From NCBI GenBank assembly GCA_965285935.1, contig OZ260661.1, positions 124,372,001 through 124,436,000 on the forward strand: a stretch of 64,000 nucleotides of DNA. The letters are read 5' to 3'. Shown here in pieces: positions 55,724 to 64,000 of the stretch (within the stretch, counting starts at the first letter, position 1; each line of letters opens with the position of its first letter). This DNA comes from Ophelia neglecta (taxonomy: Eukaryota). A program made the translations under genes and the position numbers. The notes below the pieces were generated by a model that made no database searches, was not told the DNA's origin, and worked only from the letters and a program-made list of their open reading frames with translations.

Positions 55724-55806
55724 GTTGTATTAGAGTCTGTGCCGTGTATTGGAGTCTGTGCCGTTGTATCAGAGTTTGTGCCGTTGTATTAGAGTCTGTG
55801 CCGTTG
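55724..55806. repeat. 20-bp minisatellite, 4 copies
   Basis: gttgtattagagtctgtgcc units with minor variants. Confidence 0.9.
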
Positions 55807-57886
55807 CCCATGGACATCACTTGTTGATATCTGGACTACGACAATATTCTGGCCACTTGTGTAGTGAGATGCATTGTGTCAGAATTGTGTATAATGGTAT
55901 TCAGTGATGTAATAAGCAAAATTAACTAATTCAAGGGAGAATCAATCCCATTCTTAGGTGTTTAGCTTAGTTTTAGTACAAAGTCGTTCTACGTAATTTG
56001 TTCAAACTTGTTCTCTCGAAGTATTTGCCGCAGGTTGATGAGCTTTTTCTGCTAAAAACTCAACTCTACGAGTAAGGGAAAATGGAGGATGGTCATTAGA
56101 GATTTCAAAAAAGCATTCCGAGTCAAGAAATATACAAGAAATATACTGATAAATATTCAACCAGTTCATCTAATATAGTAAACGCCTTGACCACTTGTGA
56201 GATTTTAAGAGCCTCAACGAGAAGTTAAATGACATCGAGGACTTGCTCATTCATTTTAAGGTCAGGCTGATATCATGGAAAACTCTTGGCTAATTTTCAT
56301 TGCTAGTGATATCAATTTTTTTTATGATTACCCATGTTTCTAAATTATTTTCTTGTACGGCGCAAAGGTAGATGTTTGTGGGGCGGCGCCGGCTAGTCCC
56401 TAGTGAATTTGGTCCAATTGATATAGAATTCTTGTTAAAGGATTCCGTTGGGTCGGGTGCCCGCTTTTTTTGTTTTTAAAGACTTCACTAGTTTTGAGTG
56501 ATCTCTACCATTTTTACTTGGCCAGGGGTCATGTACACCTGTTTCAGACTGATAGGTAATCGCATGTTGCATATGCATATTTCGATCACAAAGAGGCGAG
56601 ACTGGTTAATTTTACCGGCTTCACATTTGTTTTGTTATTCTTTTGAGGAAGGGAAGGAAGTTTCCTCAATAAACGGAACATGGCCAATTAGGTCCAACAT
56701 ATGTCGCGAGTCCTTGTAAAAGTTTCTCCACCCCAGATTTTCCAAATTCCAATGACATATTTTAAACTTGTCCCAATTTAAAAACCGTGTTGTTTATCGT
56801 TTGTCTCTCATCTTGGAAAAGCATTGACCACTTTATCATATCAAGTTAAATCTAACTAGTTCAGTTTTAGTTTCGATTCTTTTTGTCAACTGGAGATGAC
56901 TTTTTTTGACTACGCATGGAATCTTTTAGCAAATTTGGACTGACACGATGAAATTATTCTCCTGTAACGGTATTTTGCAGTCGGGTATGACCTATCTTTA
57001 AAAAAGAACACAATACTTACAATTATTTTGCTAGCAGTTTCGTAGGATTTTCCATGATCAGCTATTGTACTTACTGTGCGCATCAATTAAATAATAGTAA
57101 TCCTGCCAATTTTTGCAAAGTTAGGCGCAGGTCTGTTACAAGTGCCCATTTTAAGAACGGATCTATACTTTTACATGGTTGACTCATTCTAGTTTAAGTC
57201 ATTCTTTTTTTAATCATCACCGGAAATCAGACTCTTGTATTTTCTATTAATTCGATTCTTTGTATCTAAGGTATCTAATTTTGTGAATAGGCCTTTTGTA
57301 CTTTTCATAAATTATTTTATCGGAATCAGGAAAGAATTACTTTTCGACTTGATGACTAATCTAAAGTGACCTCTGCAGCACTCGAGCACGGATCACGTTG
57401 ATTTGTGGACACTGAGAAGAGTTTTTTTTCTTGATTGATCATTGTTCTTAACGATTGAATAAATTATAGGAGGAAAATTGGAATACGGACATATTTCTAA
57501 AGAGCAGTGGTATATTCAATTATTTACCGCAAACATTAAAATCATTTGTCAATGACCACATTACGCCAATAGGACATTTGCTATTCAAATTGTAGAATTC
57601 TGAGATGATATTTTGACTTTGTTACAAGAAGGCCCCTGCCATTGTTCCCTTTACCTCGATGAATCACATCGCCATGGTGATTGGAAAAGAGAAGAATGAA
57701 AAAAGATGAAGAAGCAGCGGAATCAGCAATGATGGGGGAATGTGTCATGATTCCAAAAAAACCTAGGAGGAGGGATATTTTTAATTTACTAAGGGATAGT
57801 CGAAACCCCAATATAGACCTAACTAAATGGTGATTACTACATAGCATTGATTTCTAGGCTAAGAAAAGTGTTTGTTTGTGTGTTTG

Positions 57887-57919
<33 letters not shown>
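57887..57919. repeat. (TA)n microsatellite
   Basis: Direct observation. Confidence 0.95.
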
Positions 57920-60169
57920 GATAAATTCGATCATCTCCAGTTTTGTATCTTACACAATTATGTATGTGACCGCCTAGATGGCATATGAAAAAAGACATCC
58001 TCTTTGTTAAGTAGATAAACAGTTAACATTCATTTAAATCGGTCTCCACTGCCCCGGATGAGGATATTTCTGGACTTCGCGGCTTATTGCTACTTATGTG
58101 CGTCCAGTTGACGAAGCATCATATCCCAGCTGTTAGCAGGAACGGCAGCATGCCTCCACTGTAACTTGGTGAGTATCGGATCCTTAATTGCACTCAGTCG
58201 GTTAGGAGGTTACTAGCGTTGATTATTGTTATACAGGCACGATATCAGTTGAAAAAAGCTATGGGCCGATACATTTATGTCATCACAAGGTATGTTAGGA
58301 CTAAAGGAGCAAACTATGGATAGTTATTCTGCTGGGCTTAGAAGTACGTGTCACGATAAACCTATAAACGGATACTCACAGATGTGATAATGCGATCATT
58401 CAGTTTAATTATTGAGTGCGATCAAGGAGGAGAAATGTAAGTACCGTGAAACATACTATATATCAATGCACGCATGGGGTGCTGCATTATGGGCGTAGAC
58501 CTATAAGGTCATATAAGGGAATTCAATCATCTCTGAGACACCCCAGGCTAAAATGGTGTCCCTTTGTCTAACTTGACCATCTTTACATGCATAATTATAA
58601 TCTTTCGTCTTGAAAGGGAAAAATGTACCACACAGAGAAAGTTTATTAAGAGGACCGTTTGTTTGTCATGCGTTTACGTAGGCCTAGTCAGGTGGGATCT
58701 ACACACAATAGATTGTCTGTAGTATTAGCGTTCTACGTTGATATGTATTTCTCAATTGGACCTTCCTCCGCTGGATAGCTCCTACACGTATCACAATTAT
58801 AATCACAAGCTTTGCGTCGAGTCCACTAGCTAAAAGGTCCAAGTCAACTTTCAAATAGCACAAAAGATCAATTCACTTTAGGTGTCCAGCTGGCCTGTTA
58901 AGCTCCAATCATGTATGCGTGGGTGGTCTCGAAAGACACACATTTACACCTCTATTGAATACTTGTCAACCAATACAAATTAAGGCAGTGTTTGTGTTAC
59001 GATAGTAACCTTTCAGTTGATGTCTGGACAGTTTGTCTTATGTAAGCTCTAGAAAGAGAATTAATCTTTCCTTGTCATGCTTAGAAGGGTCATCAGTGGT
59101 TCCAGTGTCATTCCATGTCAAGAATCGACGGAGAAATTGACGGCTTTAACAACATATGTTATCAATGTAACAAAATTTGTGTTTGTCACCTCATATACTG
59201 TAATAATTAAGTGTAGACAACCAAAGCGTAAACTGGATTCCTGGGTTTTATGTACGACTTTAATACCCTGCAGTTTATGTCACCCACCCCCACTCCCGAC
59301 CCCACCCACCCCAAAGAAAGAAATAAAAGATGAAGTCAGTATTATGCAGTTACCACTCTTCCTGCAGCTTTGATAGGTTTGCTTTGATTGTCATTGAACT
59401 ACATTTTCTGCGCACTTTGTATAATTAGTATATGTGCAAAGCCAGCTTTTCGGACCACGTAAACAACCATGTAAAGAATTTCCAGTTGTCACGAGGATAC
59501 ACAGTGTAAATTGTGGTTCTATCTTTACTTGAGAAGCGGTTTACACTCGGTGCCCTCTTGGGTTGTCATTTAAAAGCTACTTATTCCAGCGATCCATCAA
59601 GCTACTTGCTATGACCCCAATTGACCTTAGAAATTCATGAATATGCAAATTCAACACACCAGGCACTGATCAGCTTTGGTTTCATGAAACCTCTGTGTTC
59701 TTGACAAGCGTACAAATCGTGGAAATATTACAGGCTAAATTCAATATTGAAATCTGTTTAACGACCTAACATTAGCATATTAGGCGGTTAGGCTACAAAG
59801 AAATTGATAACCAACATTGTTCTGTGTACGTGGGTGAATATTTTGTTGTAGCCATCTTAACTTTGTGTAACTTTGACCTCAAACATGACGGTCGCGCGTA
59901 TTTGAATACGGAAATAGGTTTTGTAGATATTTTCCACAATACTCTTCATTGACATTTTATCTACTTTGGCCATTCACACATTTTCGGGAATAGGAAATAA
60001 TAAATATTTATGTGAAAATAATGTTATCTGCCGATATCGGAAAAGTTAAGTGAATCGTATTCATATTCTTAGCGAAATGGAAGGGCACTGCACCGCCATT
60101 GAGAGATAGTGTCACTCTCCTAATACGCAGATTGGCAGCCCTGTTATTCACTGTGAATTTTGTTTACAC

Positions 60170-60400
60170 TTTCAAGGTTATTAAATCACGCAGTGTGAAA
60201 TTAACGTCGAGAAAGAAATACCGGTTGGATGTGTGTGCATCCAGCACAATAGACAATTGATTGGGTAAATAGGCGATCTTCTTCGGCAGATTTGTACTGC
60301 ACATTCAGAATATTGTCTGAGACTTGTTTCAATTGATTACCAATAGCCCATATTTAAATTTAAACCAAAATTGGCATAAATTCAGCAATACTTCGTGCCT
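60170..60400 (-). pseudogene. Unknown viral-like gene family, paralog 2 (conserved core)
   Basis: IWAIGNQLKQVSDNILNVQYKSAEEDRLFTQSI..DVNFTLR; 17-nt identity cacgcagtgtgaaatta with 44742. Confidence 0.55.
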
Positions 60401-63400
60401 TAGACGCACCTTTGCATAACTTCAATATATCAACTCATTAAGCGTCTCTATTTTAAATTTGAGTCTAACATCGGGGCGATATAAAATATTACACGGGACA
60501 AATGCGATCATAGTGATTTTGCCAAGGCGATCTGAAATGTATACAGTCAATGGGAAGGATGGATACTTCTGGATGTTGGTCTGCTATCAGATCAATATTT
60601 TTAATTAGAGAAAACACGATTGTTCATAGATAATGATATGCATAATATTTTAATGTCTTATTGGGATCGTGTTGTGACATTAAATTGAAAACATTCGTTC
60701 ATCATGCTATCTTTTCCAGCATTCCAAATGCTTATTCACGAAGGCCTCACACCCCGTTAAATAGTTCTTTGGATTTTTCTATTGCTAAAAAACCGATCGT
60801 GTCTATTAAGTTATGAATGTGCTTTCTATATCTCTCCCCACTTGCCAAATCAGCACACAAAAAGAAACGATGATAAATAACGAAGTGTTTTGTTATCGGT
60901 GGCTAAGAACTTCTGTAATAACATCAGCAGAAAAGAACGTTCTAGCTGTTTTATGCTCGGTGCGGCATGCACGTCCATTGCATTTGCTTATAGAGTCCGT
61001 AAAACAAGAAAAAAGCAGATTTAAAATGTGTAAAAGTAAAGAACACGGTTTCATATCAACGAATTGACGAAGAATTCGCGAGCAACCATTACTAGATACA
61101 TAGACACTTTCAGATCTCTTAGCAATGTGAATGATGTTTTCATCACCAAAGGTATTTTAATTCGGAGCCAAATACTTCATTATTATGGCAATGTGTTTAT
61201 TTGCAATTTCATTCTACAAAACGTGCTGCAAATAATGAAGAGAAGGGTACCACTTAGGTGTCATTCTCGGCCAATTTTACTCTCCTTTGTTAAACAAAGT
61301 GAACATCGACGGTGTAATGTCAACTTGACTTAGAGAACTATTTTCTCTTTAAAGATACAATAACATAGGATATGCTGCTGCACTGACGGTCTAACAATGT
61401 CTCTTCGAATGGTTAGTCCCCTGAGACGTCATTCTATTGTATGTCAATAACAGTTTTTCGTACATGATAATTAACAAGGTGGCCAGCAGAAAACTATGGT
61501 TGCTTCAGAAAAACCATGAGTGCCTTAGGAAAACCAGGTTTCTTTCTAAATACCTTGCAAAACGGGACATATGAAACTTGAAAACTTTACTGAACAGGTG
61601 ACTGAGAAATGTAATAATAATACCATGGCTAATGACTTATTTTCAGTAGAGGCGATGTTTTTCTGTTAATGTGCAGCAAAAACGAAAATTTGGCTATTGT
61701 AAAAAATGGAATGAACACGTGTGTTTTCAAAACGCCAAGGTTCATAAATACCGCAGTGGAAATAGAATGAAGACACTTATGAAGTCACAGCCCAACGCCA
61801 AAGCAATCGAATGTAACTTTTAATACGATCATATGAAAATATAAAACATTTAAATGGCTGATTGATGAATTAAGAACAATCACCAAATAACGGTGTGTTT
61901 TTCAGACTGCATATAGAATAGTGCGCCTTTGGCAGATAATTCATACCAAGCATTCGATCGATCAATTATTTAATCAACAAGCTTCTAATGTAAAAAATTA
62001 AATCCTTTTGCTCAGAAGCCGTATTGTGAGTTTTAGCCATCATATTATGCTTTCATGTGAAGGTTGGGTGCTTCACATGACCAGAGCTTAGTCAGATGGC
62101 TAAATGGCACCCTTACTGTGTGCCAGTCATCCTAACTGTTGATGCGGATGTTTGGAGTAAATACTGATAACATCAAGTGAGTTTTTGTTAATAAGTATGG
62201 ACTTTGAGTAAGCTATTATTGGAAAACCATATGCTAAACACCCTATAGAATAAATGATATTTGTACATTAAATAATTTTTATTTGAAGGTGCCATTTTTC
62301 AATATCCTACAGTTTCACAATACAATAATATTTAACGCTTTACACTAACGCCTTATTAAACTTGCTGTTAATAGGTTGGGTTTATAAAGGAAATAGGGTT
62401 TTATTAATCCAGCAATCGATTCAATCACAGCCAAATACGACAATCCTTGATTAACTTGGCACAGCTATTGCTATCGACCTGCAAAATCAATGTATTTATA
62501 TCGAAGGAAACAAGGTGAAAGAGGACGCTGCTATTGAGTTACCCTGGTACGGACCATTTGATAGTCTTCTGCAATACAGAAGTGTCATTAATCAATGAGC
62601 ATTTTGTTCTTATCACAACGTGGATGGTTTACTCGATACAATTATTCTGGCAATGAGATTGCACATGAACACCTGGAATTCTTTCAGTTGGTTTCATAGT
62701 GAAATAGGGGTGGTGGTTATACACGTGCAAATACACGTGCAAATACAGGTTCGTGGTATTTGCAGATTGCAAATATCATCAACCACAAGTATGGCAAATT
62801 AGTTTTAAAGCAATTTATTTAATGGAAAGACAAAACCAAGTCATTACATATTTTTATTGATATATTGAGCAGTTCTTAATATGTGTGTTTCATGAGCAGA
62901 TATTTTCTTTCAAAGAAAAGCAACTTTCCAGTTTTGCAAAATTAGTTTTTACTTTCTTTGTTTGAGTGCATCATTAAGTTCATTATCCCTGGCAACTGTA
63001 GACGATAATGTTTAACTTGAACGGTCTTCAACGAGTGTTTATCATTTTCCATATCATCAGAGAGATGTAGTTTACGTTACGCATTCTGCATGGGCATTCA
63101 GCTGTAGCTGTAATGGAATATTTGTTAATGATAATTCTGCTTTGTCTGCCGGCTAACCACTCCCTTTGGTACGTGTGTACATAATTGTCGAATACTTACA
63201 CACGATGAAAAGATTTCCGAGGTTCCTTGACAAAGAAAATGTCATCATTTATATTAAGACTGAGGTTAAAGCCTGGGAACGATCTCATCCGCTTGATAAG
63301 TCTTAAAAGGAACTCTGTTAATATAGCAAAACCAAATATTTCATCAATGCAATAAAATGACCTTGCTAAAGTACATTCCACTTCCTATTTGTGCTGGAGG

Positions 63401-64000
63401 AAAGCAATTAATGTCAATTATTTAAGTAATCCGCTCATTGCGGCCACCATGAGTTGTTTAATAAATGAGACTCCTCGACGTAAAGCCGAGGTAGATGCTA
63501 CACTTGTGCACACGAGTGAAATTTAGGGCTAAAATTTGGATAAAATACGACATGAACGGCATCTAGAGCTAATTGCAACACACAAACCATGCACCAATAT
63601 GACTTACAACGGATAAAAGAGACTAAAATATTCCTCATTACTACTTCAAACACAATGACGAGTAACGTCTCACGGTAGCTAGCCGCGGAAAGGCAAACCA
63701 AAGCTAACGTGACTGGAGAACACGTTCAATATTAACAGGTAATTTTTACAAGGAACATTTCTTAGTTTTTATATGTATATTCTTTTTTTATATTGCGGAG
63801 GTGCACCAAGTATGCAGAAGCCAAGAAAAGCACTATGTACATATGATTGTTCTTACAAACAAAGACCCATATCCAAAGTAAAATTACTAGAATGTCCTTT
63901 CATAATAACACATCAATGACAAACTTTGAAAACATTTATAAATGTATTTATGGACGGGTAATCGTTTCCAAAAGCCTTGGTATAAATATCTTGGTATAAG

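Larger units (their letters stand above)
19950..64000. mobile_element. Large decayed endogenous viral element (large dsDNA virus), continuing past the window end
   Basis: Closely packed long frames with sparse stops on both strands, short AT-rich spacers, and remnants of a primase-helicase, an SF1 helicase, a kinase and a membrane protein. Boundaries approximate. Confidence 0.75.

Noticed and set aside
60195-60250. JAMM/MPN-like motif CWMHTHPTGISFS on the minus strand
   Set aside because: Comparison with the paralog at 44.7 kb shows conservation in other frames (DNIxxVQ, DxNFTLR); the motif is absent there.
62010-62130. BIR-like AKWHPYC
   Set aside because: The CxxC...H spacing and N-terminal BIR motifs cannot be recovered without several arbitrary frameshifts.

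Overview
AT-rich eukaryotic DNA, probably from an invertebrate animal (spliced genes, many MITEs, poly-G tracts), in two parts. (1) About 1-19.9 kb is host sequence. It holds two divergently oriented paralogous genes for type II membrane-anchored class I SAM-dependent methyltransferases. One is complete with two coding exons at 15202-17534; only coding exon 1 of the other (4653-5154, minus strand) is visible. LINE, EnSpm and MITE debris surrounds them. (2) From about 19.95 kb to the window end (over 44 kb) the ORF track looks empty, but manual translation shows closely packed, long reading frames on both strands broken by scattered stops and frameshifts. Ordered, plausibly spaced but degenerate motifs identify a D5-like AEP primase-SF3 helicase, a Pif1/RecD-like SF1 helicase and a Ser/Thr kinase; there is also a probable Cys-rich type I membrane protein and a diverged paralog pair. 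The best reading is a large, old, pseudogenised endogenous large-dsDNA-virus genome that later received host transposon insertions. No capsid, terminase or polymerase gene was recognised, so the viral lineage is unassigned. All protein calls come from manual translation and motif recognition, not database searches.
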